Made by a program: the position numbers and the translations under genes
Notes under the pieces: generated by a model
The model's database searches: none
What the model was told of the DNA's origin: nothing
Seen by the model: only the letters and a program-made list of their open reading frames with translations
Source: Dehalococcoidia bacterium
GTDB lineage: Bacteria > Chloroflexota > Dehalococcoidia > Lucifugimonadales > UBA3495
Direction: 5' to 3'
Assembly (NCBI GenBank): GCA_965203835.1
Contig: OZ241919.1
Span: 2,359,101-2,423,100, forward strand
DNA: 64,000 nt
In this document: piece by piece, positions 26,949 through 36,286 of the stretch
Numbering within the stretch: the stretch's first letter is position 1
Layout of the letters: the number at the start of each line of letters is the position of its first letter

Positions 26949-27938
26949 ATGGCATCAGTCCTATCCCAGCCGCAGGCAGCAGCCCAGATGGCGGCCGCCG
27001 CCAAGAGTTTTCTGGACAGTCTGAGCGAGGCGCAAAGAACCAAGGCCACTTTCGAGTACATGGACGGGGAGCGGATGTATTGGTACTACCCGCCCATCAA
27101 CCGTCACGGCTTGGCCCTGCGCGACATGGACCAGAACCAGCGCGGCTTGGCTATGGCGCTCTTGGAAACCGGCCTTACCCCACGCTCGTTCGAGCAGGCC
27201 AAGCAGATCATTGAGCACGAGGACGTACTGGGCCCGCTGGAAAAAGAAATGGGCATGGTTACGTTCGTGCGGGACACGGAGTTGTACTACTTCACCGTTT
27301 TCGGCGAACCGGGGCCTGACGCGCCCTGGGGCTGGCGCACCGAGGGCCATCACGTTTCCCTGCACTTCAGTGTTTGGGGGGACAACATTATCTCGGTGAC
27401 GCCGTTTTTCTTCGGGGCTAACCCGGCGGAGGTGAGAAAAGGCCCCAAGACCGGCCTGCGTATCCTGGGCGACCGGGAAGACATTGCTTTCCAGTTGATG
27501 GACAGCCTGGACCAAGCCCAGCTTGGGAGGGCAGTGATTTATGAGGAAGCGCCCTTGGACATTCTGACCTACAACAGCACCAAGGTATCGTTCCCCTTCC
27601 GGCCTGAAGGACTGCCCGCCGCCGACATGACCGGCAGCCAGAAGGAGAACCTATTGAGCTTGATTGCTGAGTACGTTGGACAGGTACGCACCGACTTGGC
27701 GGAGCAGAAGCTTGCGGCGATCAGGGAAGGAGGGTTGGACCACTTCCACTTGGCTTGGGCCGGGCCGGTGTCCAAGAGTGACGCCCACTACTATCGCATT
27801 CATGGGGGTGATTTCGTCGTGGAGTTTGATAACCGTCAGGACGGAGCCAACCATATCCACTCGGTATGGCGGGACATCGAGAACGACTTCGGGGCAGACG
27901 TTCTTAGGGAGCATCTGCTGCTTTATCACGTCCTCTGA
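26949..27938 (+). CDS. DUF3500-like protein
   Basis: The YWYYPPINRHGLALRDM and WRTEGHHVSLHF motifs resemble DUF3500 as I recall it. The start is set at the ATG at 26949, which follows AAGGAGGG. Confidence 0.6.
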   Translation: MASVLSQPQAAAQMAAAAKSFLDSLSEAQRTKATFEYMDGERMYWYYPPINRHGLALRDMDQNQRGLAMALLETGLTPRSFEQAKQIIEHEDVLGPLEKEMGMVTFVRDTELYYFTVFGEPGPDAPWGWRTEGHHVSLHFSVWGDNIISVTPFFFGANPAEVRKGPKTGLRILGDREDIAFQLMDSLDQAQLGRAVIYEEAPLDILTYNSTKVSFPFRPEGLPAADMTGSQKENLLSLIAEYVGQVRTDLAEQKLAAIREGGLDHFHLAWAGPVSKSDAHYYRIHGGDFVVEFDNRQDGANHIHSVWRDIENDFGADVLREHLLLYHVL

Positions 27939-27980
27939 AATCTTTTTGAAATTGCCTCTAAGCCTTTTGGGCGGGACTGA

Positions 27981-28568
27981 TTGGTAATGGCCAAATGGAA
28001 AAAGCGCACATACAGGATGCCTCAAGACCACGAATGGAAAGCCACGCCGGGCAACAAGATATTCGTGGCGGACCGGGGTTCGATGCAGTTCGAATACCCG
28101 AAGGACTGGATTTTAAGCTTCGGCGAGAGTGGATCGATCAGGTTTTTCGACCGAGAAGAAGCCGACGCGGATATACGTCTCGAAGTCTCGTTGATTTACG
28201 TTCCGCCCATAGACTGGACCGGGTTGTCTCTGGCACGGTTACTCGAAGATGTCGCCCTCTCCGATGACCCAAGGAACTTGACTGAACGCGGCCGATTCCA
28301 CGAGATGCGGCGCGCCAACCTGGAGGCGACGTGGCTGGAGGTCGGGTTCACAGACGCTGAGGAAAACCGGAAGGCTCACTCGCGCATCTGCCTGGCCCGA
28401 GGTCCCGCGGCATATTCCTTCGTCACCATGGACTTCTGGGCGGACGACGCTGCCCGCGCTCGCAAAGTCTGGAACACTGTTCTGGACACGCTGAAACTGG
28501 ACGGACGCAATCAGGACCGGCTGACGCTCGATGGCCGCCAGCAACCGCCCAAGCTCAGCATGAATTAG
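27981..28568 (+). CDS. Hypothetical protein
   Basis: 195 aa ORF with coding-like composition and no recognisable motif. The ATG at 27987 is an alternative start. Confidence 0.5.
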   Translation: MVMAKWKKRTYRMPQDHEWKATPGNKIFVADRGSMQFEYPKDWILSFGESGSIRFFDREEADADIRLEVSLIYVPPIDWTGLSLARLLEDVALSDDPRNLTERGRFHEMRRANLEATWLEVGFTDAEENRKAHSRICLARGPAAYSFVTMDFWADDAARARKVWNTVLDTLKLDGRNQDRLTLDGRQQPPKLSMN

Positions 28569-28614
28569 CAAACCTTCCGAATTTCGAGTAGGCGCCCATC
28601 CGAGAGACCGTAAC

Positions 28615-30861
28615 ATGACCCTATCGGCCGTTGGAAAAAACTTAACGCGGACAGACCTGAGGGACAAGCTGACCGGCGAAGCCAAGTACTCCGCCGACTT
28701 GAAGTTGCCTGGTATGCTTCACGGCTTGGTGCTGCGCAGTCCGCATCCCCATGCCGAAATAACCGGCATAGACGCCGAAAGGGCGAAGCAACTGCCGGGA
28801 GTCTTCGCCGTGGTGACTCCTTTCGACGCCCCCCAGGGCCGGTTGGCCCACGACATAGCCGTGCTGGATACCCGCGTCAGGTTCGTGGGCGACGAAGTCG
28901 CTGCGGTGGCGGCGGCGGACCTGGACACGGCACGCCGCGCTCTTGACCTCATCCGGGTCGACTACCGGGTGCTGCCGTTTGTGTTGGACCCTGAAGACGC
29001 GCTGAGGGACGACGCGGTCGCTATCCATCCCGGTGGCAACCTCGCCAGCGAGCCCATTTACTTGGAACGGGGCGACGTCAAGCAGGGACTGGCTGAGGCG
29101 GACCTGGTCCTGGAAGGGGACTACGTTATCCCAACCCACTCGGCGACGCCGCTGGAGCCGCGGGTCGCATTGGCCGCGTGGGAAGGAGACTCCCTGAGCG
29201 TTTGGAAGACCAGCCGCGGCGTTCACGTAGACCGTGACGCCCTCGCTGGGGCCTTGGGTATCCCAGCGTTCCGGGTGCGCGTAGTCGGCCCCTACATGGG
29301 GGGCGGCTACGGCAACAAAGACGAGTCCCGGTTGGCCGCCTTGGCTGCGGTGCTTGCCCGGCGGGCCGGCAGGCCGGTGCGCTTGGAGTATTCGCGCGAA
29401 GAAGAATTCGTGGCCGGACGGGTTCGTCACGCCGCTCGTATCAAGATGAAGGTGGGCGTCAAGAACGACGGGAGCATAACCGCAATCCACGCCGATGCTC
29501 TCCTGGACACCGGCGCATACCTGTCCTCGGGTCCCGGCGTGGCTCGCCGCACCGGACAGGGTGCGTTGTACCTGTACCATTGCGCCAACGTAAGGTACGA
29601 AGCCCGCTTGGCGTACACCAATCGGCCATCGGCCGGCTCTTACCGGGCATTGGGTGCGCCCCAGGGCCACTTCGCCCTGGAGACCCTGATGGACGGGGCC
29701 GCGGAGGCGTTGGGCATGGACCCGCTGGAGTTCAGGCTCAAGAACCACGTTCGCCCCGAAGGGCAACCCGGAGTCCGACTGTCTCCTCCAGACCAGATAG
29801 TGGACAGCCAGCCAGTGGAGGGCGGCATTCCGTTTTCCAGCAACGCTCTGGGCGAGTGCTTGGAACTGGGAGCCACCGCCTTCGGCTGGAACTCTCCGCG
29901 AAATGGCCATGATTCCGGCGACCCTGACAGGAAGACCGGTCGCGGAATGAGCATCATGATTTACCGCGGCGGGCCGGGATCAGTGTCGGCGGCCGAGGTG
30001 TCTATCGACAAATCAGGCAGGACCACCCTGACCACTGGGCTTATCGACGTGGGAGAGGGGGCGACCACGGTGCTGGCTCAGATGGCGGCGGAAGTGCTTG
30101 GTATGGAAGCTGGGGATATCGACGTTGTCTCCGCCGATACCGGCAGCACTCCTCCGGCGCCGATAACCGCTGGCTCGGCGGCCACCTTTTCCACCGGGAC
30201 CGCGGTGGTCGAAGCCGCGACTCAAGTCCGTGAGAAGCTTCTGGAGTTGGCCTCCGTCGGTCTGGAGGTCCCGGTCCAGGAATTGGACCTGGTTGAAGAG
30301 TCCGTTTTCGTCAAGAGCGATCCGTCCCGGTGCATGTCGGTGGCCGAGGTGGCTCAAGCCACGGGAGACGAGGCGATTTCGGAATTGGCCACCATCAACC
30401 CGGGAAGCGCGGACTACATCGTCAATTCCTTCGGAGCGCACTTCGTGGAGGTGGAAGTCGACACCGTCACCGGCCGGGTGACAGTGCTCCGCTATGTAGC
30501 CGCCCATGATTCGGGCCGCATAATCAATCCCCGGATGGCGTTGAACCAAGCCGAGGGAGCCATCTCACAGATGCTGGGGTTCGCGCTGTCCGAGGAGTTG
30601 GTGACCGATGGCCCTACCGGTATCACCCTGAATGCCAGCTACCTTGAGCATAAATCGCCGACGGTCCTGGACTATCCGGATATCCAAGTAATTTTTGCCG
30701 ACGTTGTCGACCCGGTGGGTCCCTTGGGAGCGAAAGCCTTGGGAGAAGTGCCGAGCATCGGTCCGGCCCCGGCCATCGCCAACGCCATTTACGACGCCGT
30801 TGGCCTGCGTCTGACGCGGGTGCCCTTCACACCCGACCTGATGCTTCAAGCCTTGGAATGA
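28615..30861 (+). CDS. Xanthine dehydrogenase family molybdopterin-binding large subunit
   Basis: LTGEAKYSADLKLPGMLHGLVLRSPHPHA, then Mo-binding domains. Contains GSYRALGAPQG. Confidence 0.9.
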   Translation: MTLSAVGKNLTRTDLRDKLTGEAKYSADLKLPGMLHGLVLRSPHPHAEITGIDAERAKQLPGVFAVVTPFDAPQGRLAHDIAVLDTRVRFVGDEVAAVAAADLDTARRALDLIRVDYRVLPFVLDPEDALRDDAVAIHPGGNLASEPIYLERGDVKQGLAEADLVLEGDYVIPTHSATPLEPRVALAAWEGDSLSVWKTSRGVHVDRDALAGALGIPAFRVRVVGPYMGGGYGNKDESRLAALAAVLARRAGRPVRLEYSREEEFVAGRVRHAARIKMKVGVKNDGSITAIHADALLDTGAYLSSGPGVARRTGQGALYLYHCANVRYEARLAYTNRPSAGSYRALGAPQGHFALETLMDGAAEALGMDPLEFRLKNHVRPEGQPGVRLSPPDQIVDSQPVEGGIPFSSNALGECLELGATAFGWNSPRNGHDSGDPDRKTGRGMSIMIYRGGPGSVSAAEVSIDKSGRTTLTTGLIDVGEGATTVLAQMAAEVLGMEAGDIDVVSADTGSTPPAPITAGSAATFSTGTAVVEAATQVREKLLELASVGLEVPVQELDLVEESVFVKSDPSRCMSVAEVAQATGDEAISELATINPGSADYIVNSFGAHFVEVEVDTVTGRVTVLRYVAAHDSGRIINPRMALNQAEGAISQMLGFALSEELVTDGPTGITLNASYLEHKSPTVLDYPDIQVIFADVVDPVGPLGAKALGEVPSIGPAPAIANAIYDAVGLRLTRVPFTPDLMLQALE

Positions 30862-31856
30862 TGCAGGATTTCCAGTTTTTCCAGCCCAACTCCGTTGATG
30901 AGGCCGTGTCATTGCTGGCAAGTCGGCCCCACGAATCGTTGCCCATTGCCGGCGGCAGCGACCTGTTGTCTGAAATGAAAGACGGGGTGGTAAGCCCCGG
31001 GCGGCTGGTCAGCCTGGCCGGTCTGGACGAGTTGAAGGGTATCTCTCAGACGTTGAACGGGACGACGTTGGGGGCGATGACAACCATTGCCGAGATCGCT
31101 GAAAGCGAGGTTATCCGCACCGGTTATACGGCGTTGGCCCAAGCGGCGGCGGGATTGGCCACCCCGCAAATACGCAACGTGGGCACTCTTGGAGGCAACC
31201 TGAACCAGCGGCCCCGGTGCTGGTACTATCGCCATCCCCTGTCTGTCTGCTTGAAGAAGGGCGGAGACCGTTGCTTCGCCCTGGAAGGCACCAGCAAGTA
31301 CCTGTGCATAACCGGAGGGGACCGTTGCTATATAGTCCATCCGTCCGACACCGCCGTTGCGCTTGCCGCTTTCGACGCCGCCATTGAGATAGCCGGTCCT
31401 GCCGGTTTGCGTGTTGTGCCGATTGAAGAATTTTTCGCAGGGCCGGGCCGGGACATTACCCGGGAAAACGTGCTGGCTCCGGGGGAGATTGTGACCCGGG
31501 TATACCTGCCCCCGGTGGACGGCAGCGAGCAGGCCGGGCCTTCCAAAAGCCTGTACCTGAAGGCCAGGGAGCGCGAGTCGGGGGATTTTGCCTTGGTCAG
31601 CGTTGCGGCAGTGTTGCGGTTGGACGGCGCCAAGGTGCACGAAGCCAGGGTTGTTCTCGGGGGAGTCGCGCCAACGCCTTACAGGTCCGGCCGGGTGGAG
31701 GACTACTTGACCGGCGTGGATGTACAGGAGATAGACCCTGTTGCGGCTGGGGGCATGGCAGTACCCGATGCCCGGCCCATGGCGGACAACCGCTACAAAG
31801 TCTCTTTGGCATCCAACATGGTCAAGAGGGCAATCGCGCAACTGCTGGCTGCCTAG
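30858..31856 (+). CDS. FAD-binding medium subunit (CoxM/XdhB-like)
   Basis: ATGA-coupled to the large subunit. PIAGGSDLL and NVGTLGGNL FAD-binding PCMH motifs are present. Confidence 0.85.
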   Translation: MMQDFQFFQPNSVDEAVSLLASRPHESLPIAGGSDLLSEMKDGVVSPGRLVSLAGLDELKGISQTLNGTTLGAMTTIAEIAESEVIRTGYTALAQAAAGLATPQIRNVGTLGGNLNQRPRCWYYRHPLSVCLKKGGDRCFALEGTSKYLCITGGDRCYIVHPSDTAVALAAFDAAIEIAGPAGLRVVPIEEFFAGPGRDITRENVLAPGEIVTRVYLPPVDGSEQAGPSKSLYLKARERESGDFALVSVAAVLRLDGAKVHEARVVLGGVAPTPYRSGRVEDYLTGVDVQEIDPVAAGGMAVPDARPMADNRYKVSLASNMVKRAIAQLLAA

Positions 31857-32219
31857 CAACTCCACGTCCCGTCGTCGTTCCACTTGACCCACGCCTCTTA
31901 TTCCTCGCCCGGTCCCGTCGCCGGTGCAGGCGGTTGCAGACCGTCCCTTCAGCATGACCATCCTCGCCTGCGCAGCAAGTCCCCTCCAAGTCCGATCTTG
32001 TCCTGAAAGCTCCCCTGCGGCCGCATAGAGGGTCAACAAAACCGTCAAACTCCGCATTGGTGCAAAGTCTAAACATAATTTAAGCCTTTGTATAATGTTT
32101 TTGCACAGGGCGCCAGGGCCTTTCACCCGCATCAAGGTCCATGGATGCCCCGGAATTAGCGGGGTCTTGCCAAGAACATTGGGGAGACACCCAGTTACAC
32201 AATACTCAAGGAGTTCAGC

Positions 32220-33476
32220 ATGAAGCTAGTTGTAGTGGGTGCAGGCCAGGGTGGTTCAAATATAGCGGACGAGTTCGTCGCGCTGGGGAAATGGGTCTGG
32301 AAAAACAGGCGAATACGGATTTTCACGGGTTCTGACTACGATGACGTCGCCAAGGGCGTGTTCGCGGTCAACTTGGGTGCGGGAGATCTCTACAGCCTTC
32401 AGCACATCCCCCAGACCGAAGACCACACGATCCTTTTAGGAACTACCGATGAGTTCCGGGGACGTGGAGCGGGCAAGGTCAACGCCGACGGCGCCGAGCA
32501 GGCCCGCCGGGGGGCGCACAAGATCGTGTCCACCATCCGCGACCACGGGGACGTTCCCTCGGCGGACGCCATTATGGTCATCGCCACCACCGCCGGCGGC
32601 ACAGGCTCCGGCTCCGTGGGCGTCATCGTCGATCTGTTGAAAGACGCCTTCAAGAAACCCGTATATGCCTTGCTGGTCCTTCCTTTCGAGAACCAGTATG
32701 ACGATCCGGACAGCATGGTGAACACGGCCACCTGCATCAAGCGGGTGATGGACAATTCCAACGCCGACGCCGTTTTCTTCGTGGACAACCAGAAGTTCGT
32801 CCGGGGCAGTCAATCAATGTCCTACAACTACCAACAGATAAACCGCAAGATAGCCGATTCGTTCCTTGACATCCTGTGCGTTGGAGAGGAGACCGACCGG
32901 CGTTACATCGGTGAGGTACTGGACGCCAACGACGTGATACGCATCCTCCATGGGCCCACGGCCATCGGAGTCGCCCAAGCGGCGGTGCCGAAGAAGAGCA
33001 GCGGCGGACTGTTCGGACGGATACGCGGCGAGCCCAAGATCAATCACTTCTCAGTCTCCAAGCTGCAAATAGAACGGGCCCACAACGTGCTCCAGCAAGC
33101 GTTGGGCGAACTGTCCATCGACTGCGAGGTCTGGGAGAATGGGTCTTCCTACTATGACGCCCAGAATGTGTTGGGGCTCTTCAGCGGCCCACCTGAGGAA
33201 GCCAGCGAAGAGATAGTGGAAATGATGGACACTACCTTGGCGGAACGGGTCCCCGGCGCCGGACGGCGAAAGGGCACCTATCCGGGCCGCGTTTCCGATA
33301 CCATCGGTTTCACCATCCTTGTGTCCAATATCGGACGGGGCGCGGCCATGGACCGGGTTGAGAAGTTCTTTCTGGATGCCACCAGGATGCTGGGCGAGGT
33401 CCAGCACAAACGGGCGGGCAGGGAAAAACTGTGGGAAGCCACAGCCCGCACCGCATCCCAGATCCCTGACCTGTAG
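32220..33476 (+). CDS. Divergent tubulin/FtsZ-superfamily GTPase (CetZ/FtsZ-like)
   Basis: MKLVVVGAGQGGSNIADEF (G-box), AVNLGAGDL, GRGAGKVNADGAEQA (T3-like), ATTAGGTGSGS (fits the tubulin signature [SAG]GGTG[SA]G), DNQKF (T6-like), LDANDVIRIL (T7-like DxxD), then GPTAIGVAQA. Confidence 0.8.
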   Translation: MKLVVVGAGQGGSNIADEFVALGKWVWKNRRIRIFTGSDYDDVAKGVFAVNLGAGDLYSLQHIPQTEDHTILLGTTDEFRGRGAGKVNADGAEQARRGAHKIVSTIRDHGDVPSADAIMVIATTAGGTGSGSVGVIVDLLKDAFKKPVYALLVLPFENQYDDPDSMVNTATCIKRVMDNSNADAVFFVDNQKFVRGSQSMSYNYQQINRKIADSFLDILCVGEETDRRYIGEVLDANDVIRILHGPTAIGVAQAAVPKKSSGGLFGRIRGEPKINHFSVSKLQIERAHNVLQQALGELSIDCEVWENGSSYYDAQNVLGLFSGPPEEASEEIVEMMDTTLAERVPGAGRRKGTYPGRVSDTIGFTILVSNIGRGAAMDRVEKFFLDATRMLGEVQHKRAGREKLWEATARTASQIPDL

Positions 33477-33539
33477 AAAGTTACGGGCGCTTCGGCGCCC
33501 AACACCGGGGGCGAGATATATCAGAGCAGGAGGTTCACC

Positions 33540-34556
33540 ATGAGGAGCTCGAGAGCGCCTGAGCACCGGAAAAGCTCATCGAGGATCGTAATATTGTTAG
33601 GTCTGTTTGTCCTGGTCGTTGGCTTGGGCTTGGCCATTACCTACTTTACCCAGGGGTTCGGCTCACTGTCGGCGGAGACCAATGAGCCGGTCCCCGCAGT
33701 GACCGAAGCGGGAGCCTTGGTGGAGCCGGAGGTTGTCTCTGAACCTCCGGCCCCCGACCAAGCGGACATGAATGCCGAAGTGGTGGTCCCCGGGTCCCAG
33801 GGTGACGGCGCTCCCGCGGATTCAAAGATGGAGCCGCTGGCATCGGACAACGATTCTGTCGAAACCTCCGGGATTGAACAACCGGCAGACGCTGCCAAGA
33901 TCGAAGATGTGAATACCGAAGAAGTCGCACCTGGCGATGCCAAGGCCGAAGGGTTGGCCGACGAGCAGACCCCATCCGTTGCCCAAGAGACCGAAAAGGA
34001 ACGGAATCTGGAATTTTTGCCCCAAGTCAGATTTGGCGAAGTGCTCGGCGAAGGACTGATGGAACTGGCAATGCCCAATGGCGAAAGGGTCGACACTTGG
34101 TACACCTTTCAAGTGGACACCACCAGCGGGGAAATCATAGTCTACTTCGCCCTGTTCGACGAGGAGAAGCAGTCGATATTGAGCACAGTGCGGGTGGACA
34201 ACTATTCCAAAGGCAACGACTTGACCAAGGCCGAGATTACCCTTTTCTACCCGGACGGAATGCAACGGGTCATCGGATTTGACGGCGTTGCCGGCACCAT
34301 ATCTCTGACCCAACGCTCCAATCTCCCCTACGAACCCAGCGTCTTTTCACGGGAATTACGCCGCTCGATGGTGTATTCCGGAATGGAATTGCAGGACGCC
34401 GAGGCTGACGCGTCCTTGAAGCTGGACCTGGACGTAACCGGCCTGTCCAAAGGCGAAAAGATAAGCTTCACGCATTCGGCGCCTACTGAAGTAGCGACGG
34501 CGTTGGAGGAATTGAAGGAATTGGTCGGCGTCATCGAAGTGGTGAGACAAAGCTGA
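33540..34556 (+). CDS. Single-pass membrane protein: N-terminal TM, long acidic linker, C-terminal globular domain (ZipA-like architecture)
   Basis: The RBS GGAGG precedes the ATG. The TM is IVILLGLFVLVVGLGLAITYF. A roughly 120-aa Glu/Asp/Pro/Ala-rich segment follows, then a roughly 180-aa non-repetitive domain. The gene starts 63 nt after the tubulin-like gene. Confidence 0.65.
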   Translation: MRSSRAPEHRKSSSRIVILLGLFVLVVGLGLAITYFTQGFGSLSAETNEPVPAVTEAGALVEPEVVSEPPAPDQADMNAEVVVPGSQGDGAPADSKMEPLASDNDSVETSGIEQPADAAKIEDVNTEEVAPGDAKAEGLADEQTPSVAQETEKERNLEFLPQVRFGEVLGEGLMELAMPNGERVDTWYTFQVDTTSGEIIVYFALFDEEKQSILSTVRVDNYSKGNDLTKAEITLFYPDGMQRVIGFDGVAGTISLTQRSNLPYEPSVFSRELRRSMVYSGMELQDAEADASLKLDLDVTGLSKGEKISFTHSAPTEVATALEELKELVGVIEVVRQS

Positions 34557-34625
34557 ACCGGACGAGTACACACATCTCATCAACCGCCCTGGTCCCGGAG
34601 CACCGGGCGTTGCAATGGGTGACTG

Positions 34626-34666
34626 AAACCGGCAACTGTTGACGCAGAGGCCGGTTTTCTTTTTGC
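34626..34666 (+). terminator. Putative rho-independent terminator
   Basis: AAACCGGC / GCCGGTTT stem with a 16-nt loop, followed by TTCTTTTTG. Confidence 0.5.
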
Positions 34667-34908
34667 CGGCACAAGCATCAACTTGAGCTTCCGTCCGGCA
34701 TCGCGGTCTGGCTGCGCCCGGCATCCTCCATCCCGACTTGGAAAAAGCTCTGCCTTGAGCATGTCCCGCCTCACTGCTTCAAACCTTGTGCGGAGGTTAT
34801 CCCTCTGCTAAAATCGGCCCAAATTCACCAAGCCAACCTCCCAAGGGGCCCACTGGGCCGTTGATAGTCCCGCCGGGTGGGGATAGACCGTAGGTAGGAG
34901 GAAAAGAG

Positions 34909-35679
34909 ATGCCGTCATTTTGGGAAAACCTTAGATTCGCGGGCGAAAGAGAAATGGACGACCTTCATGGCTACCAGGGCTTGGATATGGTCTGTTACGT
35001 CAGCCATCCCGCGCCCTCCGCCGGCAGTTCGTGGCCTGCCATCATCGTGGTCCAGGAAGCCTTTGGTGTCACCAGGCACATTGAGAAAGTATGCGACCGG
35101 TTCGCACAAGAGGGTTACGTAGCTGTAGCCCCTGCCCTGTTCCATCGGGAGCACCCCAATCCCAAGCTGGGCTACGACGAGATGCCCCAGGTCCAGCGCT
35201 ACATGGGAATGCTGCGGGACGATGAGCTTGTTGAAGACATCAACGTTACGATCGACTACCTGCAGAACACTTACGGTCGCACCAGGGGACAGAAAATCGG
35301 TATCGTCGGCTATTGCGTCGGCGGCCGCATCACCTACTTGGCTGCGACCAGTTGCCCGGGTCTCAGCGCCGCCTCGGCCTACTACCCGGGCCGCGTTCTC
35401 ATTCCCTTCGGGGACGGACCCGCTCCCATAGACCTTACCAATCAGATCCAAATCCCTGTTATGGGCAACTTCGGTGCTTTGGACGCCAATCCAACCGTCG
35501 AAGATGTCGGGGTCATTGAAGACAAGCTCAAAGAGGCTGGCGTCACCTATGACTTCAAGATATACCCTGACGCGGACCACGGCTTCAATTGCGATGAGCG
35601 GGCCAGCTACCACCAAGCCTCGGCAGAGGATGCCCTCGCCCGCACCTTGGGTTGGTTTGATAACTACCTGAAGAACTGA
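34909..35679 (+). CDS. Dienelactone hydrolase family protein
   Basis: IIVVQEAFGV, the GIVGYCVGG nucleophile elbow (Cys) and a C-terminal DHGF motif. Confidence 0.85.
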   Translation: MPSFWENLRFAGEREMDDLHGYQGLDMVCYVSHPAPSAGSSWPAIIVVQEAFGVTRHIEKVCDRFAQEGYVAVAPALFHREHPNPKLGYDEMPQVQRYMGMLRDDELVEDINVTIDYLQNTYGRTRGQKIGIVGYCVGGRITYLAATSCPGLSAASAYYPGRVLIPFGDGPAPIDLTNQIQIPVMGNFGALDANPTVEDVGVIEDKLKEAGVTYDFKIYPDADHGFNCDERASYHQASAEDALARTLGWFDNYLKN

Positions 35680-35709
35680 CGACGCGTTTCAGGGTTTACC
35701 CTGTATAAC

Positions 35710-35738
35710 AAAAAGCGGTACAAATCGTACCGCTTTTT
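35710..35738. terminator. Bidirectional intrinsic terminator between convergent genes
   Basis: AAAAAGCGGTAC-loop-GTACCGCTTTTT. An A-tract and a T-tract flank a 7-bp GC stem. Confidence 0.65.
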
Positions 35739-35770
35739 GTTATTGCCGACGGCATCCGTGGCCCGTCAGT

Positions 35771-36028
35771 CTATTCGTCCTCGTCGTCCAGGTCTATGGG
35801 AATCTTGATTGCGATCTTTGGTGTGCCGGCGTCGCTGTCCCGGTCGTTGCGCCTGGAATCGCCCCAAGCCCCCGCTTCAACGTAGTTCTTGAACTCGCGG
35901 ACCTCACCGCAAACCTGGCACACACCTTGGCTGACCAGTCCATCGGCCGGCTGAATTACCCAGTGGTGACGGCATTGGGGCGCGGCCCCGGTCTCTTCGA
36001 TTGTCTGGATGGCCGTGTTTTGGACCAT
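35771..36028 (-). CDS. Small zinc-ribbon-like protein with acidic tail
   Basis: The start is set at the ATG at 36028, behind AAGGAGG. Contains C-x-HH...C-x2-C (PQCRHHW...GVCQVCGE). The C-terminus is DLDDEDE. Confidence 0.55.
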   Translation of the reverse strand: MVQNTAIQTIEETGAAPQCRHHWVIQPADGLVSQGVCQVCGEVREFKNYVEAGAWGDSRRNDRDSDAGTPKIAIKIPIDLDDEDE

Positions 36029-36286
36029 GGCCTCATACCTCCTTAAGATACAACGTAATGTTACCATCGGGTTGCGGTATTCGTCAATCATAGCCGATAG
36101 TTGTTAACAAATATTTAACGCAGTGTTAAGAATACGGACACGACTTGGGAATAACGAAATAGCTTTCGATGGAACCGTGGAGGTTGTAAGGCATTACAAC
36201 CGGCGCGGCGGCCTGCGGGGCCGGAATTTCGAATGGGGGATATCCGGGCGGTTATGAGCAGTGCCGGAGGTGTCGGGACCGGGGAT

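Noticed and set aside
28615-31856. Carbon monoxide dehydrogenase (CoxSML) identity for the XDH-family clusters
   Set aside because: Neither large subunit shows the form I AYxCSFR or form II AYRGAGR active-site loop. They are kept as generic XDH-family molybdoenzymes.
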